Source: Promethearchaeota archaeon (GTDB lineage: Archaea > Asgardarchaeota > Lokiarchaeia > Sigyniarchaeales > SOKP01). From it: a stretch of 53,092 nt of DNA. Shown here piece after piece: positions 35,904-46,081 of this stretch (positions are counted from its first letter, which is position 1; each line of letters opens with the position of its first letter). A program made the position numbers and the translations under genes. Location of the stretch: the NCBI GenBank assembly GCA_016839765.1, contig JAEOTP010000004.1:1-53092 (forward strand), written 5' to 3'. The notes below the pieces were generated by a model. It saw only the letters and a program-made list of their open reading frames with translations. It did no database searches and was not told the DNA's origin.

Positions 35904-37292
35904 TTATCGATTTTCTACTTCCCATATTTCTTTTCCCCAGTAATCTGCTGGAAACCGATAATCATCTCCTTTACTTTCTTCAAGAGAACTCGTTGAAAAG
36001 AAAAGAATACGTGTATCTTCTTCTAGTGGCCTAAACCCGTTAGCATATCTAGGGGGGATAAAAATTATTTGTGGATGTCTATCAGATAAAATAAAACGCT
36101 TAACTTCTTGATTTTTTGAGGGAGACTTAAGATCATCTAATTTAACAGCCGCTACAATAGCAGAACCTTTAGTTACATAAACATATTTGGCTTCGTTCAT
36201 ATGTCCGTGAAATGCGCGAGTCGTTGAAGTAGAAAAGTTTTGAACTTGATAAAAGCGTTTAACACCATAAAAATTGAAATCATTAGCAAAATTTAAACTA
36301 CCTCTATCATCAACAGCAATTCCTCCTTCGATCAATTGTAAATCTCTTTTGCCAATAGTTTGTGATATTTTTACTCTTTCAGCTAATTTTAGATTAGAAT
36401 AAATCCCTTTATGAAAATCTTGAACTGTAGGTGAGTTGATTATTTCTTTTACAGCATATTCAATACCATACCTAAATTCAAACCCTGTATTCAATATTTT
36501 ACTACTATCTACCATATAGCTTCTTTTATCTACGATATTTCTATTAATTTGAATCTCGCAATTGGTAATCTCTTTTACAATTTCACCTAATCTCAATAAA
36601 CTTAGATTTTCACCCCTCACGTTATAAATTCCATGTAAGTTGTTTTTAATAACATGGACTATCGCTCGAGAAATATCACGAATGTGTACAAATGGGCGTT
36701 CTTGTTCTCCGCCGAATACAGTTATTTTATTGAAATTTAATGCTCTTGCCGCAAAAGTGTTTACAACTAAATCGTATCGCATTCTTGGACTCAATCCATA
36801 TGCGGTACCCAGCCTCAAGATACAATAATTATCTTCACATATTTCTCTTATTAGGCGTTCTTGAGTATATTTTGTTTGACCATAAAAGTCAATAGGAAAT
36901 CCCTCATCTTCTTCTTTTACAATAACATTTGGTTCGCTTCCATAAATACTACAGGTGCTAATGTGAACTACAAATTTTTTCATTTTCTTACAAATTTCAG
37001 CAACATTTCGTGCACCTATGCAATTTATACCAATAGCTTGATTTGTATCTATTAAGCATGCGGGATCACCCACAATTGCCGCTAGATTTACTATAACATC
37101 ATAATTTTTAACAATTTTCTCAATTTGATCTTTATTGCGTACATCTGCCTCTATAAATGTGTTAGGAGGATGAAGATCTTTATAAAGATGATTATCTAAA
37201 ATATCAACTTCCCATTCCTCTTGTTGTATAACATCATATAATACGCTTCCAATATATCCAAGACCACCTAAGATTAAAATTTTATACGGCAT
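35904..37292 (-). CDS. SDR epimerase/dehydratase fused to C-terminal RmlC-like cupin (3,5-epimerase/isomerase)
   Basis: GGLGYIG, LAAIVGDPAC, STCSIYG, YGQTK, R.RYDLVVN; cupin DDRG, RAFHGH, IPP.YANGF. Confidence 0.85.
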   Translation of the reverse strand: MPYKILILGGLGYIGSVLYDVIQQEEWEVDILDNHLYKDLHPPNTFIEADVRNKDQIEKIVKNYDVIVNLAAIVGDPACLIDTNQAIGINCIGARNVAEICKKMKKFVVHISTCSIYGSEPNVIVKEEDEGFPIDFYGQTKYTQERLIREICEDNYCILRLGTAYGLSPRMRYDLVVNTFAARALNFNKITVFGGEQERPFVHIRDISRAIVHVIKNNLHGIYNVRGENLSLLRLGEIVKEITNCEIQINRNIVDKRSYMVDSSKILNTGFEFRYGIEYAVKEIINSPTVQDFHKGIYSNLKLAERVKISQTIGKRDLQLIEGGIAVDDRGSLNFANDFNFYGVKRFYQVQNFSTSTTRAFHGHMNEAKYVYVTKGSAIVAAVKLDDLKSPSKNQEVKRFILSDRHPQIIFIPPRYANGFRPLEEDTRILFFSTSSLEESKGDDYRFPADYWGKEIWEVENR

Positions 37293-37540
37293 AGTTCATT
37301 CTTTGGGTTTTTATTCAATAGGTCATTTGATTTTTATTATTAAAGTAAAATTTAGCTAATAATAAAAATTAATTCAATTTCTAACTTTTTTGAAAGTATT
37401 AGAATGTATTTATTTCAAAATGCCTTTTTTTTCATTAGCTATATAAATTTTATATTTATTGCTAATTTTTTTATATTTAAACATACAATTTTGATTACTT
37501 TTTAAGATTTTAAAATAAATGAATAGTTGAGAGTTATTCA

Positions 37541-38755
37541 ATGAATATTCTTGTTCTCCAAGAAACAGATTGGCTTACTCGGGGACCGCATACACAACAT
37601 CACGTTTTTGAGAGAATATCTAAGAATTCCAATATTAAAATCTCTGTATTAGATTATGATATTGATAAAAAAATGCATTCAAAATCAATTCTCATAAAGA
37701 AACAAATCTTTACTAATATTAATCGAGCCATAGATAATTCAAATGTAAAAATTATTCGAACAGCTCATATTCAAGTTCCATACCTTAGAAGATTTACCTC
37801 ATTAATAACAAATTTTTTTGAAATGGTAAACATATTTAGAAAAAATAGACCTGATGTAATTGTAGGATTTTCTTTAACAAATGGAGTAATTGGATTAATT
37901 TTATCTAAACTTTATAGAATTCCTTATGTATTTTATTATATAGACTTATTACATACATTAATACCAGTTCACTATACTAAGAAAATCGCTTCAATATTTT
38001 CACGATTTTTATTTAAGAATTCAGATAAAGTTATTGTCGTCACGAAATCTCTTCAAAAGTATGTTTTAAATGAAAAAGTTAAGCCAGAAAAGGTTAAAGT
38101 TCTTTTAAATGGAATTTCTCTAGAAAATACAATAGTAAATAAAGAAAAGCTTAACCATTTAAAGCAAAAATATATGATAAGAGACGATGAGTTTGTTTTC
38201 TTTTTTATGGGATATCTATATGAATTTGCTGGATTAAAGGAGATTATTAATTATTACAACCCTGTTGTGAAAAAAGGAAAGCTTAAATTTAAGTTTATAA
38301 TAATTGGAGATGGAGGTATATATAACTCCTTAATTAGATATGTTGAAGAAATAAAAGCAGATTGGGTAATTCTTACTGGTAGAATTCCATTTTTTGATAT
38401 CACAGAATACATTGAATTAGCTGATTTATGTCTAATGAGCTTTGATTTAAATGATATTACAAGAGAAATCACCCCAGTAAAAATTATGGAATATATGGCA
38501 ATGAAAAAACCAGTTTTATCTAATAGTCTTCCTGGGGTACTAATTGAGATTGGAAAGAATAATGGTGTAATTTTTGCTAGAAATCAGTCCGAACTTATAA
38601 AGAAAATTGAATCTTTAAGTGCTAATAAGGATAAATTAAAGCAAATTGGATTAAAAGGTTTTAAATTAATAAAAATGTATTATTTTTGGCCAAAAATTTT
38701 AAATAGTTTTAAAAGAATTCTTTTCGAATTAATTAAAAACAAGAGATCAAATTAA
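37541..38755 (+). CDS. GT4 glycosyltransferase
   Basis: GT-B; NGI, IIGDG, TPVKIMEYMAMKKPV. Confidence 0.88.
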   Translation: MNILVLQETDWLTRGPHTQHHVFERISKNSNIKISVLDYDIDKKMHSKSILIKKQIFTNINRAIDNSNVKIIRTAHIQVPYLRRFTSLITNFFEMVNIFRKNRPDVIVGFSLTNGVIGLILSKLYRIPYVFYYIDLLHTLIPVHYTKKIASIFSRFLFKNSDKVIVVTKSLQKYVLNEKVKPEKVKVLLNGISLENTIVNKEKLNHLKQKYMIRDDEFVFFFMGYLYEFAGLKEIINYYNPVVKKGKLKFKFIIIGDGGIYNSLIRYVEEIKADWVILTGRIPFFDITEYIELADLCLMSFDLNDITREITPVKIMEYMAMKKPVLSNSLPGVLIEIGKNNGVIFARNQSELIKKIESLSANKDKLKQIGLKGFKLIKMYYFWPKILNSFKRILFELIKNKRSN

Positions 38756-38852
38756 ATTATGGATAAGTCTAATTATAAGGAAAAACAAAAGAGAGAAAAT
38801 TTTTGAAAACAGATAAATTTTGGAAATATTTCCAAATGGAGATGTAGGTTCT

Positions 38853-40025
38853 TTGATTAATGTTGCGATGTTAACTCCCTTTTTTACAGGAGAGTTAGGA
38901 GGACCGTTTAATGTAATATCAGAGATCGTTCCATATCTAGAAAAGAAAGATATATCAACAACTATTTTCACAACATCAGCTATTGGAAAATTTAGTAATA
39001 AACGTACTGAGTTCTATGAGCAGAAATCCAATAATTTTAGAATATATCGGTTAGATTCTTTTTTAAAATTTAAAGAATATAGAATTTCATTTAATTTACT
39101 CCCTTTTCTTATCACGCATGAAAAAAAAATTGACATTATTCATTCTCATGCATTAAGAAGTTATCAGGAAGATATAGGTTCAATTTTTTCATTAATGAAA
39201 AAAAAACCAATGGTAATATCGCCTCATGGAGGAATAAGTATCAATTGGGATTATAGTGATAAAGTCCCAAAAATGATCTCAGATAAATCTATTGGATATT
39301 TAAAGAAAAAACTATTAAATGTACATTATATAGCAGTTACCAAAATGGAAATACCTTTAATTAAAAAATATGGTGGCGTTGATGATAATTACATTCATTA
39401 TATCCCTCATGGGGTAAACACTGATATTTTTAAACCGGTAGAATCATATGATTTGAAAAAGAAATTAGGTTTAGAAAATTTTGACGTAATTTTGTATGTG
39501 GGACGTATTGCTAAGGGTAAAGGAGTAGATAAACTTATCAAAATTTTTAATACCGTTCATCAAAAAAATAAAAGAGCTAAATTAGTACTTATTGGAGGGG
39601 ATGCTGGATATCTTCCAGTTGTTAAAATTCTTATTCAAAAATATAATTTATCTAAATATATCTTATATTTAGGTTATATCTCCAAAGAAAATTTACCAAT
39701 TTATTATTCAATGGCTGATTTAGTAGTTTATCCATCAAGACAAGAAATATTCGGACTTGTGCTATGTGAAGCAATGGCTTGTGGCAAGACAGTCATAGGA
39801 TCAAACATTATGGGTCCTAGTGAAATTATTGTTGATGGAAAAACAGGTTTTACCTCCGACTTTAGAGATCTCGATGAAGTAAGTAAAAAGATTCTATATT
39901 TATTAGAAGATAAAAAACTATTAAACCAAATGGGAAGAAATGGTCTTGAGAGAGTTAAAAAGAAATTTACGTGGGAAAAAGCAGCACAATTACATTTTGA
40001 ACTTTATAGGAAGGTATTGCATTAA
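38853..40025 (+). CDS. GT4 glycosyltransferase
   Basis: YVGRIAKGKG, PSRQEIFGLVLCEAMACG; TTG 38853 preferred as start (track 38820). Confidence 0.9.
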   Translation: MINVAMLTPFFTGELGGPFNVISEIVPYLEKKDISTTIFTTSAIGKFSNKRTEFYEQKSNNFRIYRLDSFLKFKEYRISFNLLPFLITHEKKIDIIHSHALRSYQEDIGSIFSLMKKKPMVISPHGGISINWDYSDKVPKMISDKSIGYLKKKLLNVHYIAVTKMEIPLIKKYGGVDDNYIHYIPHGVNTDIFKPVESYDLKKKLGLENFDVILYVGRIAKGKGVDKLIKIFNTVHQKNKRAKLVLIGGDAGYLPVVKILIQKYNLSKYILYLGYISKENLPIYYSMADLVVYPSRQEIFGLVLCEAMACGKTVIGSNIMGPSEIIVDGKTGFTSDFRDLDEVSKKILYLLEDKKLLNQMGRNGLERVKKKFTWEKAAQLHFELYRKVLH

Positions 40026-40103
40026 AAATAAGATTTAATATCAATCATAATCTTATATTATTAAACAAGAATAAGTTTCAAAAAAATTTACTAATTTAAA
40101 ATT

Positions 40104-41333
40104 ATGAATTACAAACCAGGTTTGAAGTTTGTTTGGATTTCTCCATTTGGACCTCTCGTTGAGATTAGAATTAAAGAAATTTCAAAGAGATTAATGACAA
40201 AAGGAATATACCCTATTATATTTACCCATAAACTACAAAGGAAAGAAAAATTGAAACCTAAATCAACAAAAAGAGATCTATTTTATTATCATTTTCGAAA
40301 TCCTTTATTTTTTAACTTCAATATTAAAATCTTTAAATACCTAAGAGAAACAGTTTTGAAAATTGCATTCATTTTTGGTGGAATGCCTTTTTTGTATTCA
40401 GATATTAAATCTTTTTTAAAAAAAAATGATGATGTAAAATTTATTTATGCCACAGGACCTCTTTTTTTCACACATATGCTTGGGTATCTATTAAAGAAAA
40501 GATTTAAGAAAAAGCTTATAGTGGAATATACTGATCCTTGGTATAAAAATCCCTATTCAGCAGAGAGAAGAAATTTTTTTGATAAAGTGCTTGATTATCA
40601 TATTGAAAAAAAAATTTTGCAATCAGCAGATATTATTGTCTCAAATACTGAATTCTTAAATCCGATAATACAAAGAAATTTTCCTTTTATAAAGAATAAA
40701 CCAATATTTGCTATAGAAGATGGATTAAATTTACAAGAATTCGATGAAATACCTCAAAAAGATGAAAATGGTATAATAATTACCTTCGGAGGTAAGATAT
40801 ACGGAAGAAGAAATATATATCCCCTTTTTAAAATTATATCTGATTTAAATAAAGAACATTTTTTTGAAGATATAAAAATATTAGTTAAAATTTATGGAAG
40901 TTATCCAAAAAAGTTATTTGAAAGAATTCTCGATAGTTTGAACATAAAACACTTATTTTATTTAGGGGAATTCCTTTCAAGGTCTCAATTTATAGAAGAA
41001 ATTATGAAATCTGATTTAGCACTTCATATTGGGGAAAATATAGATTATCCAACGATAGCCTTTAAAGTCTGGGAGTACCTTAGTTGTAGAAAAAAAATAC
41101 TATTTTTAAGTCTTGAAAGATCTTATCGTTCAGACTTCATTAAAAAGCATAATTTAGGAGTTGTAATTCCTATAGATAATTTAACCGAAGGGAAGAAAAT
41201 TTTGAAAGATTTACTGTTAAACATAAAGAACAATAGATTTAATACATCAATTGAAAATCATCTTTTAGAAAAATTTACTTGGGAAAATAGGGTTGAAAAA
41301 TTCGTTAAAAATGTAATAAGTCACATAAAATGA
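40104..41333 (+). CDS. GT4-like (GT-B) glycosyltransferase
   Basis: ATGP, EYTDPW, FGGKIYGRR, KVWEYL, FTWEN. Confidence 0.8.
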   Translation: MNYKPGLKFVWISPFGPLVEIRIKEISKRLMTKGIYPIIFTHKLQRKEKLKPKSTKRDLFYYHFRNPLFFNFNIKIFKYLRETVLKIAFIFGGMPFLYSDIKSFLKKNDDVKFIYATGPLFFTHMLGYLLKKRFKKKLIVEYTDPWYKNPYSAERRNFFDKVLDYHIEKKILQSADIIVSNTEFLNPIIQRNFPFIKNKPIFAIEDGLNLQEFDEIPQKDENGIIITFGGKIYGRRNIYPLFKIISDLNKEHFFEDIKILVKIYGSYPKKLFERILDSLNIKHLFYLGEFLSRSQFIEEIMKSDLALHIGENIDYPTIAFKVWEYLSCRKKILFLSLERSYRSDFIKKHNLGVVIPIDNLTEGKKILKDLLLNIKNNRFNTSIENHLLEKFTWENRVEKFVKNVISHIK

Positions 41334-41370
41334 TAATTTTGATTTAATCAAAAAAGAGAGAAAAAGCTTC

Positions 41371-42192
41371 ATGCGTATGAGAGTTGATCTTCAAGAATTA
41401 AAAAGTTTCATAATACATCCATTAAGAACAGTAATAAAAATTCTTAAAATTATTGATAATAAATTTAAACTCTCCAAAAGTGCTAAGATTTTAGATAATG
41501 GGGAGAGAATTATTATTAAAGACTGGAATAACGCAAAAATATCTAACAATATCGATCATTTAATACATATTAAAAGATATGAATGGGTAAAGGATCATCT
41601 AAAAGGTTTAAGAGTTCTTGATAATGGTTGTGGTACGGGTTATGGAACTTATTATCTAGCTAAAAATGGGGTAAAAGAAATACTTGGAATTGATATTTCT
41701 AAGAAATCCATAAAATATGCTCAAGATAGATATAACGCAAAAAATCTTCTCTTTAAACAAATGGACTCTCTTTCATTAAATTTGAAAGATAATTACTTTG
41801 ATGCAGTAATCTCTTTTGATGTCATTGAACATATAGATGAAAAACATCAAAAAAAGTTTTTATCTGAAATAGTAAATGTAATTCATAATAAAGGTTTTTT
41901 AATAATTGGAAATCCAAATGCTGCCCTTACAAGAGAAATCAACCCCTATCACAAACACGAATTAAGTCTAAATAAGTTTAAAGATTTATTAAAACTCTTT
42001 TTTGAAAAGATTGATTTATTCGGTCAAAAATTTATAGTAAATGGGAAAAATTTAGGTGAAAAATGGTTTGATTATATTAAAAATGTGAACTATTCAAATA
42101 TTCATATCACTAATAGTGATTCCAATTTATCATTTAATTTATTAGCGATTTGCACTAATCCTGTCAAGAGATTTAATGGAAATTATTTATGA
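41371..42192 (+). CDS. Class I SAM-dependent methyltransferase (glycan-cluster type)
   Basis: HIKRY, VLDNGCGTGYG, FDVIEH, NPYHKHE. Confidence 0.88.
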   Translation: MRMRVDLQELKSFIIHPLRTVIKILKIIDNKFKLSKSAKILDNGERIIIKDWNNAKISNNIDHLIHIKRYEWVKDHLKGLRVLDNGCGTGYGTYYLAKNGVKEILGIDISKKSIKYAQDRYNAKNLLFKQMDSLSLNLKDNYFDAVISFDVIEHIDEKHQKKFLSEIVNVIHNKGFLIIGNPNAALTREINPYHKHELSLNKFKDLLKLFFEKIDLFGQKFIVNGKNLGEKWFDYIKNVNYSNIHITNSDSNLSFNLLAICTNPVKRFNGNYL

Positions 42193-42204
42193 ATTGATAA
42201 AAAA

Positions 42205-43686
42205 TTACTCCTTTTTTTTAAATTCAGAAGTTATTGCTCCATATATATTTTTAATATTAATGGTGCTAAATAAAAACTTAAAATCTTCCTTAGAGAACCC
42301 TTTAAAAATATAGTTTATTAAGAAATATAATAATATATCCAAAAATGCTAATAATGGTACAAAATATATTGAAAAATTCACTAAAGTGTTTACCCATAAA
42401 TGAGTAAAATAAATTCCAAGCATTATAATTAAATTTCTGAATGAACCCCAATAAAATCCTAATCCATATTTCTTATAAATAATCGGTCTATAAATAATTT
42501 GGATTAAGGTCTTAGCCAAAATATACGATAAAACGCCTCCATAAACACCAAAATTAAAAATACTTGGATGAATAAAAAGTATCATGAAAATTATTGAGAG
42601 AGAGTATTCTATTATGGAGAATTTAGCAACAAAACGTACATCTCCTAAAGCTTGTAGTTGAATTATATTACCAATATCAATAGAAAGTGGTATTAAACTA
42701 AGAACAAAAACAAATAAGATTTCCCCTGTTAATCGATAATCTTCTCCAAGAATAATTATAAATACGTCAGTTGCATAAATAGCTGTTAAAAATACTATAG
42801 GTATTATTATTAGATTCAAAATTTTGTGAGTATATTTTATAACTTCAATATTTTCTTTTATTTTTCCTTCAGAAATATTTCTAGAAAAAGTTGAAATCAA
42901 TATACTTGTAATGCTGTTTGTGATAATAAGAAAATATGAATAAAATTGTTTTGCGGTAAAATAATTAGCAACACTATTGATATCAGACCATATATTAATT
43001 AAAAGAACGTCTATATTACTAACAATAAAAAGGAGACTCGAAGTTAAGAAAAAGGGAAGGCTATAATGAAGAAACTTTTTAATAAATTCTTTATTAGGGC
43101 TCTTAAACTTTCTTTTCCTAATAAAAAAAATATTTAATATAAAATAAGCGATATTTGAAATCATTAATATACTAATCAATAACCATATAGTATTTTCATA
43201 ATAAAAAATCATTAAAATTAAAAGAAAATTTCTTGAGAATCCTACCAATATTGAAGATATTGCGTTTTTAAAAACTTCTTTTTTACCCAACAAAATAGTA
43301 TCAAAAAAGCTAGCTCTGAAAGATAAAATTGCAAGAAAAAATATATAAACAACAATAATATCTCCACTATAAACAGGAATTAAGGGTATAAATATTAAAA
43401 CAACACTAACATAGATAAAAAATTGAATTACTCGATATATTAAAAAGGTACCATTACAAAGTGCTTCTTCTTCAGCATTATTGGATTCAGCAAAATATTT
43501 TAAATACGCATATGTAAATCCTAAGTGATTTATTAAACTGAATGTATTAAAAAAGGATAGAATAGCTCCATAATATCCTACTATTTCTATTTCAAAAAAT
43601 ATTCGTATTAAGTAGAAGAATATTAAACTTAATGCTATATTAACTATGTTTCCAACAATTAATAAAAAAATTTTCGTGGAATCCAT
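42205..43686 (-). CDS. Oligosaccharide flippase (Wzx/RfbX, MOP superfamily)
   Basis: ~14 TM helices; VGYYG, YSLPF, NIDVLLI, VANY motifs; glycan context. Confidence 0.82.
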   Translation of the reverse strand: MDSTKIFLLIVGNIVNIALSLIFFYLIRIFFEIEIVGYYGAILSFFNTFSLINHLGFTYAYLKYFAESNNAEEEALCNGTFLIYRVIQFFIYVSVVLIFIPLIPVYSGDIIVVYIFFLAILSFRASFFDTILLGKKEVFKNAISSILVGFSRNFLLILMIFYYENTIWLLISILMISNIAYFILNIFFIRKRKFKSPNKEFIKKFLHYSLPFFLTSSLLFIVSNIDVLLINIWSDINSVANYFTAKQFYSYFLIITNSITSILISTFSRNISEGKIKENIEVIKYTHKILNLIIIPIVFLTAIYATDVFIIILGEDYRLTGEILFVFVLSLIPLSIDIGNIIQLQALGDVRFVAKFSIIEYSLSIIFMILFIHPSIFNFGVYGGVLSYILAKTLIQIIYRPIIYKKYGLGFYWGSFRNLIIMLGIYFTHLWVNTLVNFSIYFVPLLAFLDILLYFLINYIFKGFSKEDFKFLFSTINIKNIYGAITSEFKKKE

Positions 43687-43925
43687 TAACTTTCAAAAAG
43701 AAAAATTCACTATAAATTTTTTTAAATAATTTGGTTCTCCTCTTTGAATTAAATCTATATTCCCTTAATATATCCTTAATTGAATATAGTTTAGCATTTC
43801 TGTAATATCTAAATTATAATTTATTATTCCGAAAAAAATATAATAAATATATAATTTTCATACCAATCTAGCCTCTGAATGAAAAAAAAAATATTATAAA
43901 GTAAATTAGAAAAAATGTGTAAAAT

Positions 43926-44690
43926 ATGAAGGCTATAATTATTGCAGCTGGACCAAGTACCAGATTACGACCCTTCACAGACTACAAACCTAAATGTCTA
44001 TTAGAAATTGAAGGAAAAACGATTCTTGATCGAACTTTAGATATATTTTATAGCTGTGGGATTAATGATATAGTTATTATTCGTGGATATCAGAAAGAAA
44101 CAATTGATTTACCTAATATTCGGTATTATGATAATAATGATTTTTATAACAATAACATATTAGAATCGCTTTTTTACGCTGAATCAGAGATGGATAATGA
44201 ATTTATATTCACATATTCGGATATTCTTTTTAGTAAAGAAGTTGTTCAAAAACTCCTAGATTCTCCACATGATTTTAGCCTTGTAGTAGATACGGCTTGG
44301 AGAGAACGATACGAGGGGCGTACGAAACATCCTACAGATGAAGCTGAATTAGTTCTTGTAGAGGAGGGTAAGTTAATTCACCTTTCTAAATTTTTCAATC
44401 CTGATGCCGCTTATGGCGAATTTATAGGTCTTGGTAAGATATCTAAGAAAGGAGCTGAAATATTAACTCGTAATTATAATCGCGCTAAATATAATAAAGC
44501 TTGTAAGTTTGCCGGCCGTTTTCATGATGCTATAACGATTGAAAAAGCATATTTAACAGATATGTTTGAAGAACTCATTTTTAGAGGATACTCTATTTAC
44601 TCAGTAGATATCGAAGGAAGGTGGGTCGAATTGGATACAGACCAAGATTATGAATATGCTAAAGAATTAATAAAGGAAGGTAAAATTTGA
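43926..44690 (+). CDS. LicC/PntC-like (phosphocholine/phosphonate) cytidylyltransferase
   Basis: AIIIAAGPSTRL, KPKCL, GYQ, YSDILF, GEFIGL, WVELDT..DY. Confidence 0.8.
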   Translation: MKAIIIAAGPSTRLRPFTDYKPKCLLEIEGKTILDRTLDIFYSCGINDIVIIRGYQKETIDLPNIRYYDNNDFYNNNILESLFYAESEMDNEFIFTYSDILFSKEVVQKLLDSPHDFSLVVDTAWRERYEGRTKHPTDEAELVLVEEGKLIHLSKFFNPDAAYGEFIGLGKISKKGAEILTRNYNRAKYNKACKFAGRFHDAITIEKAYLTDMFEELIFRGYSIYSVDIEGRWVELDTDQDYEYAKELIKEGKI

Positions 44691-44715
44691 AATTTTTAAA
44701 AAATGATAAAAAAGT

Positions 44716-46026
44716 ATGACTGAAAAAAATACTAATGAAACCGAAGTTAAAAATCAATTCAAATCCTGGCGGAAGCGAATATTTTTTACAGTTTGGATTA
44801 CCTACATGATCTATTATATAGGACGAAATAATTATGCTATAGCAAAACCCTTCATCATGGGTGAATTTGGAGCATATTCCGCCACTTTGATGGGACTTGT
44901 AAGTTCGACTTTTCTTCTTGCATATGCATTTGGACAATTTTTCAACGGTTTTCTGGGTGATAAAGTCGGTGCCAGACGTTTTATTACTCTAGGCTTAATT
45001 ATATCTTCAGCTTTAAATTTGTTAATGGGAGTTGCTTTTGATTTTATTTGGGTAGCATTTCTTTTTTGGGGCTTGAATGGTTATTTCCAATCAATGGGAT
45101 GGGCTCCTTCTGTAAAAACAATTGCTAATTGGTACCCTGCAGAAAAAAGAGGGAAATGGTCTAGTAGACTTGCCACTTCATATCTACTTGGAGGAGTCTT
45201 ATCATGGTTTATTGCAATACTTATTACTGACCAATTCAGTCTCGACTGGCGTTTTTCTTTTATTATTCCAGGGATTTTCATGTTTCTCATGGCGATTCAT
45301 TTTTATATCCGTATTAGAAATGCTCCTGAAGAGGTTGGTTTACCAACTTTGGAAGAAGAATGTGATGGTAAAATAGTAATGGGGGAATGCCGTCCTGATA
45401 AATTTGTAGGTTTTAAGTATACTCTTAACACAGTAATTAAGACTAGAACCGTTCTCTTTGCATCTTTTGGGTTATTTTGCTTAAATATGGTTAGATATGG
45501 ATTAACCGACTGGCTTCCATATTTATTAAGCCCTGAAATAACGGGTGCTGCATACTTTGGTACATGGAAATCCATTTTTTACCCTATTGGGGGTACAATT
45601 GGCGTCATTATCGCGGCATGGATTTCAGACAAATATGTTAAAAAAAGAAGAATACCTGTAGTTTGCGCTTTTTTTATTGGGTTGGGACTTACATTATTTA
45701 TATATACATTGTTACCACCGCTTGATGTGGTTTTTGGAATTCCCGTATTGATGTTAATAGGCTTTCTAAATTTTGGCCCTCATGCACTTTTAGTTACTAC
45801 AATACCTATGGAATTTGGCACAAGGAAAGCATCTTCTGCCGCTACGGGATTTATTGATGGAGTTGGATATATTGGAGCTGCTATTACAACTTTTACGTCA
45901 GGCGCTCTAATTGATGCTGCTGGATCTGGAGCTGCTTTTACGCTTTGGATAATTGTTGCTTTAGTAGGTGGATTAGTCCTATTATTTGATTGGAAAAGTA
46001 TGCCAGAGAGAAGAGAATATCTTTAA
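44716..46026 (+). CDS. MFS organophosphate:Pi antiporter (GlpT/UhpT/SLC37 family)
   Basis: YYIGRNNY and NMVRYG retain the two GlpT substrate-binding Arg positions; QSMGWAP...NWYP..KRG; 12 TM. Confidence 0.85.
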   Translation: MTEKNTNETEVKNQFKSWRKRIFFTVWITYMIYYIGRNNYAIAKPFIMGEFGAYSATLMGLVSSTFLLAYAFGQFFNGFLGDKVGARRFITLGLIISSALNLLMGVAFDFIWVAFLFWGLNGYFQSMGWAPSVKTIANWYPAEKRGKWSSRLATSYLLGGVLSWFIAILITDQFSLDWRFSFIIPGIFMFLMAIHFYIRIRNAPEEVGLPTLEEECDGKIVMGECRPDKFVGFKYTLNTVIKTRTVLFASFGLFCLNMVRYGLTDWLPYLLSPEITGAAYFGTWKSIFYPIGGTIGVIIAAWISDKYVKKRRIPVVCAFFIGLGLTLFIYTLLPPLDVVFGIPVLMLIGFLNFGPHALLVTTIPMEFGTRKASSAATGFIDGVGYIGAAITTFTSGALIDAAGSGAAFTLWIIVALVGGLVLLFDWKSMPERREYL

Positions 46027-46081
46027 AAACCAAATCAAGTTAATATCTTTTTCTTTTATCTATTATCTTTTTTAAGAAATA

